Positions 11,114 to 24,498 of a stretch of DNA of 64,000 nucleotides are shown piece by piece (the stretch's first letter is position 1; the number at the start of each line of letters is the position of its first letter). The notes under the pieces were generated by a model that was not told the origin of the DNA, made no database searches, and was given only the letters and a program-made list of their open reading frames with translations. Both the position numbers and the translations under genes were made by a program. The stretch is from contig OZ374565.1 of the NCBI GenBank assembly GCA_977862235.1, forward strand, positions 1,736,001 through 1,800,000, written 5' to 3'. This stretch comes from Dudresnaya verticillata. Lineage: Eukaryota.

Positions 11114-14100
11114 AAAGCTTCGAGTAGAAGAAGCGCTGCAGACGTTTAGATACAAGCTGTCTCATTTGGGTATTCCTTGTAGTATAGTGTAGTACACATT
11201 GGAATATTTCTGTACCAGGTTTAGAATGGCCTGCCCTGGTTGAATTGATAGAGAAGTTTCCATAAATCAAACGAATACGTGTTTTTAGTACATAGTTGTA
11301 CAACATCATGTGTCTATCTCACTACATTTTGTAAGCGCAGTTTCCAACTTCTGTCGAATACGCGTGCTACTATGATACGAAATATCGACGAGTGATTTAG
11401 GAACATCCAGACGAGAAGTCTATCCAGAGCAGGAGAAGAGAAAAGTTTGTTGGGAAACAGAACAGCAGCCCTGGTTTTCGGCACTCACTGCTCTGACTTG
11501 GGGACGTGGGGCACGGTCGCTACCCTTGGCATGAATTTTCAACTGTGAAAAGCGATTGGGACACAAACTGTAACTTTCTCTGCGAGCGCTCGGTAAATCC
11601 AAAATGAGGATTCTGTCGACTGTGGAATTCTCCGTGAGGCACTCACCACGTGCTCGAAGTGAAACGGACCCGAACCATACATTGTTAAACCTGTTAGAAT
11701 ACGTATAGTGTAGTTTCTTGCTTCACTCTGACTCACCCTGGCTTGAAGTGATCCAGGAGGTAAGTGCAAAGGGGATTGAGGACTGTCTGGATATTGCACT
11801 ACGTACAGGTGTCTTCCTGAAAAGTACGGGTATGTAGGTGGTAGATGTTTAGAGCTAGAGAGCACTTCAGAACAGTATAGAAAGGAACTTTTCGTGCTAC
11901 ATGACGGAGTACGGTACCCAACCATGACTTATCCTTCATTGCGGAACTGGTGGTACCGCGGGCATAACCCGACGTGTCTAAACGTATCTACAATTGGCAG
12001 TAGGCCATCATTTTCTTCAATACTAATGGACACCATATCCATTGAGCCGGTTTCTTGAAGAAATAAAGTCCCAAGTCTCAAGCATCATTATCACAACTTT
12101 ATGGAAACAAGACGAACAGCGGGAAATCCTACCGGTTTACCAGTTGACACAAGCCTATTGTCCAAAATCGGTTCACAGCCCTTGTTAGCGACAAGAGAAA
12201 AGAAAGTTTTTCAGAAGTTTGACAGAAGTCCGAGATGCAAGATCTGGGATTCTGACCTTTCCATGCCGGCATATGGATTTACTTACTGTCGACTGAGAGA
12301 TGCAGAGGGTTGTTGTGGAAGGGTGAAATTTATTGGGGTTGAGTTGCGTGTCAAAGAAAATACGGGAATAATGAGGAAGACGAATCCGAGGCGGTTTCCA
12401 TACAACTGCAAGTACAGGGCAACTCGGACTTCTGTAGTAAACTTCACTCTTTGGGCCGATACTGATACTGATAGAAATGGAGAGACATTTGGACTAGTTA
12501 TTAGCTATTATTACGATGTCGCTACCTTTTACAAGCTTTCTCGCTCTACCCGTGTATCTCTATCAGGTGTTCACAGCATGCTACGCTGTTTTCATACTTT
12601 TCGTTTTACGTAAACAAAGCTCAGAAAAGATATTTAATACAGAAACCTGTGGTATATTTGTAGATATGAGAAAGCCAACAATCAAATTGACAAAGCGAAG
12701 AAGAAGACCGTCTTCACATAAATAGTTATTGCTGCAAGTCTTACATAGATACGCCTATTGGTATTGGCATTTTATCTCTAGTCCACTATAGCGATTAGCA
12801 TTGCTTTAGCTGCGCAATTGGCTCGGCACAATACTATTGTTACGAAGCATTCCGGTGACAATAGTCCAAAAATCCGTAGTCATTACTTTACAGTACAAAT
12901 ACGCCATCATCGAGCAAGAAAAAGAGTCCCCGAACAGTGTTCTCACGCCATATCGCAGAAATCCTTGGGTGCTTCAAAAGGCTCCTCCCTCTCCGCAGCA
13001 AGGAAAACACGCAAATCTTGAGCATGCGAACAGGTCTGTTCACAGACTGGTCTCCAAGGAGCACATTATCGGGCGGTTATTGGATGGTGAGGGACAGTTC
13101 AAAAATACACGAAGAATCGCAAAGCCCAATATGTTTTATCTATGCTTCTATCTAGAGTGAGGATGAGTGCATTAAGGGCAACTCTTTAGTGAAAGAAAAC
13201 GAAACCCCCTTCTAGGGGGCCTTAGAAATTGGAACGATAAACGCGGTGATGAATATTTGCACCGATTAGCGCTGACGGCGACATATTAAAGAGCCAAGGA
13301 GATCAAGCGAGTGAAGAGCGGAATCTTCTCAGAAGCGCGAGCAGTCCAATTGCGGGGAGCGAGAAAGTGGGAAATTCTTTCGAAGCTATAAACACGTTCT
13401 CCTTGATTCTCTTTGTTGTGCGGGCTGGAAATGTAGATGTGATGTGTAATACCGGTTTTTCTGCGTTGTACTGCTTCTCGCGAGTTGGCTCGTGGACCTG
13501 TTCGTTCTTCAGATACAGATGCCTTTTTTATAGAGGTCCTAGCTTCCGCTCTATTTGTGCTCTCAACTCGCTGGTGCTCTTCCAATCTATGCCGTTGTTT
13601 CAAATGCAACGGTCCCTCTAAATGCAATTAGTAAATGCTAGCTCGACGGTAAAGCGTCGTATATGTCATCTGTCGTTCTCCATGTCATGAGTAAATGCAT
13701 TTCCAGCTCGACCACCTTGTCCAACATCCATAGCTGTGTAGCTTAGCCAACATCTATTCACGATTCATCCTACTTTCTAACAGATGCGAAGCCCTCTGCC
13801 CTCTTCTCTCCTCGAAAGGAAGATGGACAGAGCTTTAATATTACCTGAGACTGCCTGCTATTCGGCCCCAGGATGGCTATCCCCTCTTGTTGAACAAGCA
13901 GATACATTACAAACTGTGAACGATGTAGATGTAGTAGCTACACTAGCCGTAAATGTAACGCTACCGTAGCCTTGAAACAGCACGACCTTCAACAATTATC
14001 GGCGAGGACGGGCTGGAATATGTTACGTTTTGAACGGAACATCTTCCACATAATTCTAATACAATACTTCAAGCTAAACGATATATGCCACATGGCAATA

Positions 14101-14580
14101 GTTATCTACAATTCCATGTCCGAATGCAGTACCCACTCGATCATATATGTATGCGCATGATGGATGGAGTCGGGTTCCGTTCCAAGACTAGCACAAAATC
14201 AAGGATAATAAGTGTACTATAATGAGACCGCTTCATTGCAAGGGCAAGTGGATCACAAACTGTGTTGCATAATAGGAGCTCACACATAGGGAAACCAGAG
14301 TTCGTGGAAGTTCGTAGGAATATCCTTTCAGCTCACGTAATTTCATGAACACATCTTCCTTCAAACGAAAAGGCCACTCTATGAGTACAGTACTACAGAA
14401 CACTTTCATTGTGATATTAAAACTATTGCACAAGACTGCAATGATGGTACTGAGCCGGATTTCGAGGATCTCTTTAGTTTATTGACAGCAACACAAGATG
14501 ACAGTCACATAAGATCGCTTATAAGATCGCTTATCAGAACGTACCAGCCGGGGCAAGACTCTCACACCACAAGGTCAGGT

Positions 14581-15006
14581 CTAATTCTTGAAGCAGCACT
14601 GGAACTTCTCCTTGCCACACTTCCTGACCTTGCAGATAGGCCTGAGGCCCTTGCACGACTTCTTGACGACCTGCTTCTTCCTCATGCACTTGCAAGGGCA
14701 CATGGGGCTAGGGGAGGGCGAGACAGACGGCGAGGCGGATGGGCTCGACGAGGGGCTCTCAAGCGGCTCCGGTGTAGGCATCTCCGGAGAGGGAGTCATC
14801 TCAACTGGATCGCAGCATGACAGACCTTTGAATCCCTTCTTGTTACACTTTTGCAGCTCGCATGCAGCAAACTTCTTCTTCTTGCAGGAGCGGCGAGCCG
14901 TCTTCCTCTTCGCCTTGATCTTGCAGCCGCACGGACACGACTTGGCGTCGACAATCGCAATAGTGGCGAGGAGGACGAGGAGAGTGAGGAGATACAAGAA
15001 CTTCAT
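14581..15006 (-). CDS. Secreted Lys-rich protein (141 aa) with two 8-Cys modules and a Ser-Pro linker
   Basis: Likely start at the ATG at 15006 (MKFLYLLTLLVLLATIAIVDA signal peptide); same Cys pattern twice; GC3-biased codons. Confidence 0.9.
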   Translation of the reverse strand: MKFLYLLTLLVLLATIAIVDAKSCPCGCKIKAKRKTARRSCKKKKFAACELQKCNKKGFKGLSCCDPVEMTPSPEMPTPEPLESPSSSPSASPSVSPSPSPMCPCKCMRKKQVVKKSCKGLRPICKVRKCGKEKFQCCFKN

Positions 15007-18000
15007 TTTTGCGGATCGACGGGGGGTACTGAGATTGCAAACGATTTCGGAATGGTGCTGAGATGCTGAGGGTGTTGGTGATGTCAGAGAGCTTCGGCAA
15101 TCAGGTCTGGCTTTTATGTTGTCGGCCGGCCCCGTTAAGTGTAACCCAATGTGTTCATATTCTGAGCATCTCTCCGGTGCTCTGGAAGTGATTGTCCGAT
15201 GCGGTTCTGGAGGTGTTGGGGATGGACAGCAGGACGGCCCGCTTGTTAGCCCACTTAGATGAGGCTTATGTGGTGGGACCCAGACATTTGGATGTGAAAA
15301 GCGAAATGAGAAAGTGTGTTCCTGCAACTCAACTGCATGTGGAACGCTGGCAAGGCTTGAGATGAGGGAATCTACGAACGTTGCACGATACGGAAGAAGC
15401 AGAATTGTGCGGTTTCAGAGGCTCAAGAATGTTTCGAAAGAGAGATTGTGCTCAACAGATTGGAGTGTGTGATGCACTGTATATCGCATCTCAATCTGTT
15501 CAGTGTTGTATGTGCACATGCGAGTGCTGTCCATGCTGTGGGGACGTTGTTGTGACGTGCGGCGTAAAGCTTGGCGCGACTTGGAGAGACGGGTGACTCG
15601 TGGTGTTAGGTAATGATGTGTTTGTCGAGTTGTTCATTTGGTAGTTCAGCGGCGGGGTTTACACCGCTGTACCGTACGTGGAGCTGCATTGGTCGGGTAT
15701 CTACATGTACCATACAACACAAGTTGCAGGGCTGACGTTAGAATGCGGCTTTTTAGGCTTTGATGGCCCATTTGGGGCAGTTTCTCTCGTGGCAAATGTT
15801 CGATGTGGGGGCGACAAATGACCGCAGGCACGAGAATTTGTCTCTGACGGTCTGTCTGTCATGTGCATTGCGCAATAGTCTCAAACGTGGACCACTTGTA
15901 TTTTCAGAAGACTGTCATGGCAGGCCTCGTGACAATGTGATTGGCTTGGTTCAGTGTTCGAAGATCCCCAATAAGGTGTGGGATATCTTTATCACCAGAG
16001 GATTGCATCAGAGCTTCTGGATTGTGTCGACAACCCCACCGTTCCCTACTACCTAGCCAGTAATAGATACTTGCCCCCTCAAAAGAGAAGGGGGACCTTT
16101 AAAAGGCATAGCAATGTAGGTGGGTGTGCGGATAGTAAACCAGTCGTACAGTTTATTCGGATTGCCAAGTGTTGGGTTTGAAAAGAGCACACAAGGTGTC
16201 GTACACAAGGAGCATTCGCAGCCCAGAGATGTTTTTGAAGGCAAGTTACAGCAATATGGAAGTGGTATCACTAACCGTCGATGCGATCTATGGACCATGT
16301 CTCGTAGGACATATCCTTGGGCATCGTTCTTGAATAGTTTATGGTTTATAAGTGCGGTACTACATTTTGCAACGAAGACACGACACGAATGACATGGCAG
16401 ATTTGCGCTACGGGGATGTCAACGCGTCTGAATGGGTCATTTTCGGGGTGGACAAGAAGCGGTCAGCGCTTATGATCTACTTTGGCTGAGGCAGTGTTGA
16501 CAGGGCCGTTGACAGCCGCTCGGCGCTGCAAAAGTATTTGCAAAATGTGTCGCAATCGCGGCAGTCACCTGTCGCCCGCGCAGCGCCGGACAGCGCAGAT
16601 TTCAACGTGTCCAGTCGCGCCCGTCGGGCGCCATGCAATTGGCGCTCTCCGATATGACGGCCGTCAGCCAACGCTTCTCGAACGAGACCGACCCACGGGC
16701 GAGCGAGACCTTTCATGTCTGCCCCCTGCCGTGCTACATCATGCCCGGGGCCTGTCGCGTTGTTTCAGTCGGCGAGCTACCCGCGCGCCGTCGAGAGCGC
16801 GCCAATCCCCGTTGAGAAGAGCACGCAGCAGCAACCAGGTCGACGTAACACGACGTTGTGTCGCGCTCAATTCAGCCAGCGCTACGTAGTTGGCACGCCG
16901 TCAGACGAACCAAAAGCGAGTTGCAGCGAGGTGTCTGGCGCTTGCGGTGGGTGTTGCGCTGTGTCAGGAGCGCCGCTAATTGCAACAGCCCCATACACAT
17001 ACGGCCCTCATGGCACACACACGGCCTGCGTGACAGTGCTGACTTCCTCCAGTGTCTCGATCAGCCTGTCATTTCGTCTCAATTGTTAGCGTTCGACCTC
17101 TCAATGCTACAGTCCTCTTGGAGTGCGGCAGTGAGCATCTCTCAATTGCCCACACAGGGGGACATTGTCGGTCCGGCCCGAAGGGACTCGATAGCTGACA
17201 GTGCCGAAGCACGTCGAGGTGCGGGAGGGGGAAGGATGATGAAGAAACTCAAGAGGGACAACATACATCGAGTACTCAGTTTTTCTGCACTCATCACTGC
17301 TGGAAAACAGAGCAATAAAGCAGCTGCCTTGCGCCAGATGCTGAGAGTGTCCGTATGAAATGATGAGTGGGAGAGAAAGTGCTTACTTTCTCCCGGTAGC
17401 TTTCAACTGCTCTTACAGAAAGAGCAAGGCGTTAAATCTGCGCCGACAGTTGCAATCGTCCCCTTGCAAATTCAACTGCCGCAACTGTCGCAACCGCAGC
17501 GTGTGCCCAGCCCCCGCGCTCGGCATTGCCGGCATGGAGGCTGACTGTAATCACTTTGTTTCAAACATGTCAAGATGATGCGCACATTCTGCGAGTTCCA
17601 AGGCAGCACCCGAGCAACTTCTAAGCGGTCAGTTCAGTCAGCTGCAGACAGACATCCTTTTTCACCATCATGGAGCTCCGAAAGCCTATCTATCCCATTC
17701 ATTTGCATTCCTGGCTGACCTTACAAACAGCACGCGTGCAAAGCGTGCCCCATCCGAGCAGGATCGAAATTCTGCTAGCACCTATTGAGTCTGTCAACCA
17801 CTCTTTTGCTCATACGGTAGTGCTGTACAGCGTGCATATTATATGTAGGGAGGCCAGCGAAGAACACTCTTAAAGAGTATAACCCCTCCCTACAATTCCA
17901 TGCCAACACCCAACACCTCTCGGCTTCCCTTCTCTCCTCGGACCTCCTACTGTACCTCCCTGCTCAAATAACTTCCCTCAACAAGCAACGCACACTCCAG

Positions 18001-18010
18001 TTCACCCACC

Positions 18011-18301
18011 ATGAACAGCACAATCCCCGTCTTCCTAATCCTCGCGCTGCTTTCCCTCTCGCACACTTCCTCCGCATCCGCCCTGGCCGAGGACGACACC
18101 CTCTCGGTCGTGCTGCGCCAGGTCTCCAAATGCAAATGCAACTGCCTCACCAAGAGCAAGCAGCGCCGTCGCGTCAAGAAGACCTGCAAGAAGAACTCCA
18201 CCGTCTGCAAGCTTCGCCAGTGCCGCAAGGGAATGAAAAAGGGCTTCCGCTGCTGCCCTAAAAAGCCCAAGACGTCTCCCACCCCAGAGCCCATGGCGTG
18301 A
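18011..18301 (+). CDS. Secreted cationic peptide (96 aa) with a single 8-Cys module
   Basis: Signal peptide, acidic pro-piece AEDD, then CKCNC...C...CKLRQC...GFRCC and a short Pro-rich tail. Start context ccaccATG. Confidence 0.88.
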   Translation: MNSTIPVFLILALLSLSHTSSASALAEDDTLSVVLRQVSKCKCNCLTKSKQRRRVKKTCKKNSTVCKLRQCRKGMKKGFRCCPKKPKTSPTPEPMA

Positions 18302-19768
18302 AGCCCCCATGACGTTTTGAACATCTGCAGCTGTAAAACGATTTTATTGTCCCAGTTCGTGCGCGTTTGTGTTCCGGCGAGGCGTGGTTTGAGCGTCTCG
18401 GTGTCGAGCTGATGTAAAGCTGAACTGCTTTACTCTACCGTACGTGTGTTGGGCCCACTTCCTCATCGAAATGCCCCGTTCTCCTAGTGTGTATCCTTTC
18501 ACCCTGTCCGTATGTCCGGTTCTGATAGCTACCGTGATATTCGATTGCCATATTGGCATTGATAAAGTGTTGCGCCATGACTGGACTCAATTTTTGTTAC
18601 TAAAGTGATGTTAAGCCCCCAGACTGGACAGTAACACGCCCGTCTCGCGACATCTACATGTAGATTGGCAATGGTGGCGAGGCTCGAACGTTGTATCCAG
18701 CACTCGACCATACATGCCCCGTGGCCTCGTGGGTTGTGCACATGAGTGAAAGCCATGCCGGCACCAACGCAAAAGTAAAGTTTCTAGTGCTTCCCAAGAA
18801 AACCGTTGCTCTCCAGTTTTTCCTGCTACCTTGGTATAGCGAGCCTCCGTTTTAATGCTTACTTTTCTCGCGTATCGATACTAGCTGTGGAGCTAATAGC
18901 AAGCCTGGAACCTTTTGTCGACTTACACGACTCACAGATTGTACAGCTACAGATTGTTTCTTCAACAGCAGTTTTCATAGTGGCCAAAGTTCGCGAGGCG
19001 CACCTTCGCTGCATGGGCACAGATGCTTTTGACTGAAGAATTGTGTGTGCGCTTCTCCAACAATGACTGTGGGTAATGTCGGATTCATACGATCTTTTAA
19101 CGCGAGTAGCACATAACGGCATAGCTCGCCTTGAACGCTCCTCTAAATTTGTGCTTAGGTGGCTGGCCGGAAAGGGGATACGTAAGCGAAGTCGGGGGGA
19201 AGCCTGCAGAAAATGCCTTTGCGCCCTTCCCACACGGACTTTGTGGTGCGGATGCCAAGATTTGTACTCGGTCAGTACTCTTCGACTCCTCAGTTTTACA
19301 CTCGAACATCTGTAATATATGTCATGGTAAACTTTTATTGGTTGTTTTAGGTGGTCCTGCTCGGGCGACTTAAAGGCATATGTGCTCTACTATGTCTTGT
19401 GATCTCAGACTTTATGCAAGAATGAAACAACCCGGAAGGTCCTTAAGGAAGCTTAGTATTCAGAACTGTCAACGATAGCTAGCTTACGTCGGTTAACCGA
19501 AGTGACGCCGCATTTCAATACCGGGTTAGGGAGATCAGACAAGTGAGGATAGTAAAACACGTATGAGATGAGAAGAAGACTTTCAACCAAGTAGCCCTCC
19601 AGAGAAGCTCCTTGTACACCGATTTTACGCAGTTACCAACACTTGATGCACTGCAGAATCGGAAAACGATTCTATAATCAGTGGCGAAACACTCATGTTG
19701 TAGCGCTGTCATTCCATCGATGAGATTTGCGCTCTCTCTGCGGGACATTGGTGCTAGCACTTCTTCAG

Positions 19769-21043
19769 TTAATACATTTTTTGCCCCATCATCTCAAACA
19801 GCCGATGGTTCGCCGGGTGGAAAAACACCTGAAGGGCTTTCCTTGTCGATGGGAAGATGTCGACGAGGTACCTATTGTTTCCCTCGTAGTTATCCAACCC
19901 ACGATCCGGCCCGAGTCCAAGGCTCGCTGCTTGAACCCCGTAACTGCTTGTGGAACCATTCATTTTATACTTCTGCAGCAAGGAATTTGGATACTGTCGA
20001 ACGCACAAGAATCTTGTTAGGCCTTGCATAGCCTTTGAATCTCCGGATGTGATGTCGTTAAAGCGTACAAAGTGCATGCGATACCTGGGAAAGACCTGTT
20101 GCCAAGTAGAAATATGCAAATGGTAGAGCCCTCTCGTCACGTAGAGTGCGTTGATGGAGGTGAACCTATCCGGATCGCTCGGGAACACGCAGTCCAATAG
20201 CTCGGATGTAGTTCGATCCAGCTCTGCAGTCTTCCAGTTGTAACCGCACTCTCCAAGCTTTTTCATCTCCCATCGAACGTATTTGTCAAACTCGGCTGCA
20301 GTAGCCACCAGTTCAGTCCTATTGGCAATCCTGTTCCACTTGTTGGTTTCTCGGATCACCATGTTGTATTGACTTAACGCCCTGGAGATAGGCTCCCGCA
20401 CTGCCATGATGATTTTCGCATGAGGGTTAAGAAGGTGTGCCAAGAAAGCCACTCGCGTTGACACCATGTACTCCACGGTCGCATCGTATGTAACCTTGCG
20501 GTGGTCTCGCGACGCATTGCTCACCAGCGGAATGAGTTTCTCGCTGGTGATATTATGGGCGAGGTGACGAAATCCTGACAGATAGTGGTGCAGGCGGAGC
20601 TCGGGAATGTTCGACTCGCGGTATGGGCGGTGAAGCGCAGTAGGGCGATAGAACAGGGCGGACGCATCTTGAACGTTTTGGAAGAAATGCCATTCCTTCC
20701 TCATGCGATGATGCAATATTCCAAGGTCATACAGCCGTCTTGATATCTCCGAGGTGGATGCCTTTTGTGCCCCGACAAAGTATGCGTCCAGGTACGCCCT
20801 TGCAGACCTTTGAGCGGCTATCCATTGCTCGCATGTTTCTGGAGAACGTTGCCAAGCAGTGAAAAGCGAATCTGAGTGCTCGCGTGCTGCTGTGTTACCT
20901 TCTCTCCTCGCGATAACCAACCCCAGCACGAACAAGGCAATGATGGATGCTGATATTTTCCATTTGCAAGTGCAGTTTCTTCCGCTTAACCTGGCTTTCA
21001 ATTGCAGGCATATCCATGTAGTGAGACTCTTTTCGTTACCCAT
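19769..21043 (-). CDS. Golgi type II membrane carbohydrate sulfotransferase (HS3ST/NDST-like)
   Basis: TM ISASIIALFVLGLVIA; 5'-PSB FVGAQKASTS; KEWHFF; 3'-PB KIIMAVREPISRALSQYNM; RGLYHLHISTWQQVFP; FFHPANHRL. Confidence 0.92.
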   Translation of the reverse strand: MGNEKSLTTWICLQLKARLSGRNCTCKWKISASIIALFVLGLVIARREGNTAAREHSDSLFTAWQRSPETCEQWIAAQRSARAYLDAYFVGAQKASTSEISRRLYDLGILHHRMRKEWHFFQNVQDASALFYRPTALHRPYRESNIPELRLHHYLSGFRHLAHNITSEKLIPLVSNASRDHRKVTYDATVEYMVSTRVAFLAHLLNPHAKIIMAVREPISRALSQYNMVIRETNKWNRIANRTELVATAAEFDKYVRWEMKKLGECGYNWKTAELDRTTSELLDCVFPSDPDRFTSINALYVTRGLYHLHISTWQQVFPRYRMHFVRFNDITSGDSKAMQGLTRFLCVRQYPNSLLQKYKMNGSTSSYGVQAASLGLGPDRGLDNYEGNNRYLVDIFPSTRKALQVFFHPANHRLFEMMGQKMY

Positions 21044-24000
21044 TGGAGAATTCTAACTGGCGAAACGTGAGGCGGTCCTGGTACTGAGCAAGGCCGGGAT
21101 GTTTAGAAAGGGAGCAGCATGGGAGAACTTGAAACTGGTGGGATGGGGCTCTGGCAAGCTTCCCGTCCCAGGAGTAGGAAAATTCGAAAGGGTGCGTTTC
21201 CCGGAATGCTGAGGGATTGGAGCTGGTGTGAGACTCTTTTGGACTGAATGACTCTTGAAGAAATCCAGTGATGAAGTGTTCTTGTGCCATGTTGTCAGAA
21301 TGAAATGAAAATGGGAAATGGAGATCAGAAGTGCTGCCAACAACGGATAAAGTATGATATGCCCTAGATCCTCTCACATCTTGCTGCTGTGCTCGCAAAG
21401 CCCAACGCCGCATCCTGCTTGCGAGCGTGGCTGATTAGCTTTAAGGAAATATTAGACATCGTCATCGTTTCTACGCACAGAGAGATGCGGTACGAACAGC
21501 CGTCCCAAATGCCACGCCTCCCTTCCTTCCTCAGGGTCCCAGTAAACCTTAAAAATATCTGCATTGTTGAGATTCGAGCCCGGCTACTAAACTTTCCTTA
21601 TCGCCTCTGGCTAAGAATTCCATGTAACGTCGACTGCCTTCACTGTGTATTTGAGAAAGCCTGCTACCGCTGTTCATCATCCAAGAAGAAACTTTCGAGA
21701 TAGTCGATTTAAAATGCTGGACTGCTTGGTTGCTCTCGGCGTTTTAGTGCAATAATCGGAAGAACCACTCTACGTCAGACCTTTTGATACACAAAAGCGA
21801 TATCGAGAGTGATACAGAGCTGGGCACAGCTTTTGAGGCTCCATTGGAAAATAGTAAGGAGTTACATGACAACCGCGGGACGGTTTTGCTTCTGCTTGGG
21901 GATGGTAAGAAGCTCCTCACATGTCTAGTGTCACGGCAGTCCAGTTTTCACAACCGCCATTAGTCGCAATCCGGTGTGGCGTTGCCATTGAATTCCTGAA
22001 GACTGAATAGCACCATTGGGGACTAGAAGAGCGAAAACCAGCGAGTTACAACAACTGAAACCCAACAACACCAGTACAGGCGGTATGGAAGCTGTTCTCA
22101 TAGTCCGACAAGAAGGATGCAAGTGTTATAGTATGTGGCGACCCCTTTAATATTCGCTTGTATTCATACTATATAGAGCTATGATGAATAATGTGACCTT
22201 CACACAAAGCGAAGCAGAACGCCGATGAGGGGTGGGAGCATGTTTCGATGCTTTACAGTAAAAGCCATGCTTTGGAGGACTAAAGAGATCCGGTAAAAAG
22301 AAGGCCGAGCTTTTCAGGGTGTTGAGAGGTGCCTTTCCTGACGGCTAGAAAGCTGCCTAAGTCGATGTAATCTTCAATCTCACTGAGAAGAGAAAGCTCT
22401 TGAGAGGGTCATTCCATAAACGGCATCCAGTTTAATACCCATGAACTTCAGAGGTGACAGGAAGAGTCGGACGAAGCATTGCAGCAATGAGCAACAACGG
22501 TAAACATTCGGAAGATGTTGAATCGATATTTTCGTTGTGCTCATACCGTATATAGAAGATCTTGTGGTGATAAACCTTTTTTCAAGTCCATAGTAGATCT
22601 GATACCATGCAACCATACTTAAACTATGTTGAAAGAGAAACTGTTTTTAGTCGAGCAAATAAGCGGTGGAGGAACATCCATCGTGCTCCAAGAACCATTC
22701 CAAGATACTCTTGCACAACCTCTAGAAGTTGTATATGTCGCTCCTTTCGTGAATGGGTCTGTATAGAGCTCAAGAGGGGCATTTGAACATACACTTACAG
22801 CTAGAATGCTGAGAACGGTCTACTGACACTTCCCTGTTGCACTCCAGGCGAACAGCCCCTCAGACCGTTTCGCTATCTCCACCGCCATTATCAAAATCCG
22901 CCGACTATGCGCGCAAAATCATCCACCCCCTCGTCCTCCACCGCTATCCAGTGACCTCGTCAAAGTTAACCCACAGCCCCATAGCACGTAACAAAATATA
23001 AGTCCATGAGTCCCTTTGTGGACTCTCAAGTGCGCCTGCACATGGGCATAAGCAGCCCGCGTAGGACCACTAAACAGCAACAATTAAAGAATAACATCAC
23101 TCCCTTAATTCTGTCCAACGATTCTTCGCTGAACAGAATTGATTGTCCAAGATACCAATACATCTTGTGGAGCCAGGTTCATATGTTCGTGTGGAGAATG
23201 CATGGAATATCTAGTAGATATTCGCCTTGTGTGTTTACTCGTTCCCATTCACGATACTTTCTGTAGCGCTGTATCACAACGTTCGGATAATCCGAGTTAA
23301 AGCGCTGGGCAGCGTGAGAGGTAGATAGTAGGAAAGGGAAATCCACCAATGGGTAGAGTAAAGTTGTGAAGGCAACAGGCAAAAGGTTGGAAAAGCTCTG
23401 CGTGGATCTCCCCCTTCGCCCAGGGATCTCAACCCAGCAGGCCACCTATTTGTGCCAATCGGCAGTGGATCCGTCGCCATCGCCCGGGCGCCCGGCGCCC
23501 ACAGTAAATGGAACACCATGTCTGATCAGACAGATCAGAACACGCAGCAACGTGTGCTGTTCCGCCATGTTGAGTTCAACTGTGGCACAAACTGACATCT
23601 AGTCATCAGTGCAGCATGTTAACAAGCATCTAAAGGCTAAACTAGAATGGGGAATCGAATTCGTTTGCGACCCCGGCTGGAACCCTGCTCCCGGAACGTG
23701 CCATAGGAGTCCCTGTTCTGGAAGACCTGTCGCGCAACACAGCCAGCGAACTCTAGGCGTTACAGCTGCAGTGGATGGCAGAATAGGTTAAACGCGACGG
23801 CATGAATCGAAGGTGAGTAGGTTCTGATCACTAGTTGTAATTCTGCAGGTAGAGAGGGCTGGTGTCGCACAGACGGGGTTTGATTGGGCTGAAGGATACC
23901 ACCGGGCAATATAGCGGCACAGCAACTCTGACCACATACCGCACGATATCCACCCCCATTATGCGGGGTGGAGTTCGAGAAGAGCACAATGTTGGTGTCT

Positions 24001-24498
24001 AAGTTGGGCAGAAAGGCAAAAGGCAAAAGTCAATGTTCGTAGCACGTGTGGCACTCCTCGTGCGTCGCCGCAATGTACAACGCGCCGTTCACAGACATGA
24101 AACTCCAGCCAAGCGGTTGCCTGCTTCCGTAATCGCTTTTACAGTAGTTGGCCAGCATGCCCTAGTGTCGCGGCAGATTCTTTAGCACAGCGTGCGAAGT
24201 CCCGGTCACCATGGTCTCACAGAGACAAGGGCTTTATCGAAATGAATTTCTGGGCTAGTTGGACACACCAACGCTGTTAATAGGAGAATGCTCTAATGTT
24301 AGGACGAAATGCTGATGAATGTACACTGACTTCGGACCCCCACCGCGACTGCAACTATGGTGATACAGGATGGCACTTGCCGCATCGCATCAGAGCGAAC
24401 AATAGTGCTGTTCGTTACCATTGATGATATTCTGCAGCTTCTTCTCGGAGTACGAACATGCTCCCTCCCTTTCAAAAACACTGGAATGAGGTTACTTC

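Noticed and set aside
15007..15327. Upstream extension of the 248-aa ORF
   Set aside because: Non-ATG start; the signal peptide begins at the ATG at 15006.
15381..17578. Cys-rich short ORFs (CCMCTCECCPCC; CKFNCRNC) as further family members
   Set aside because: No signal peptide and no 8-Cys spacing; the 16.4-17.1 kb GC patch is unidentifiable.
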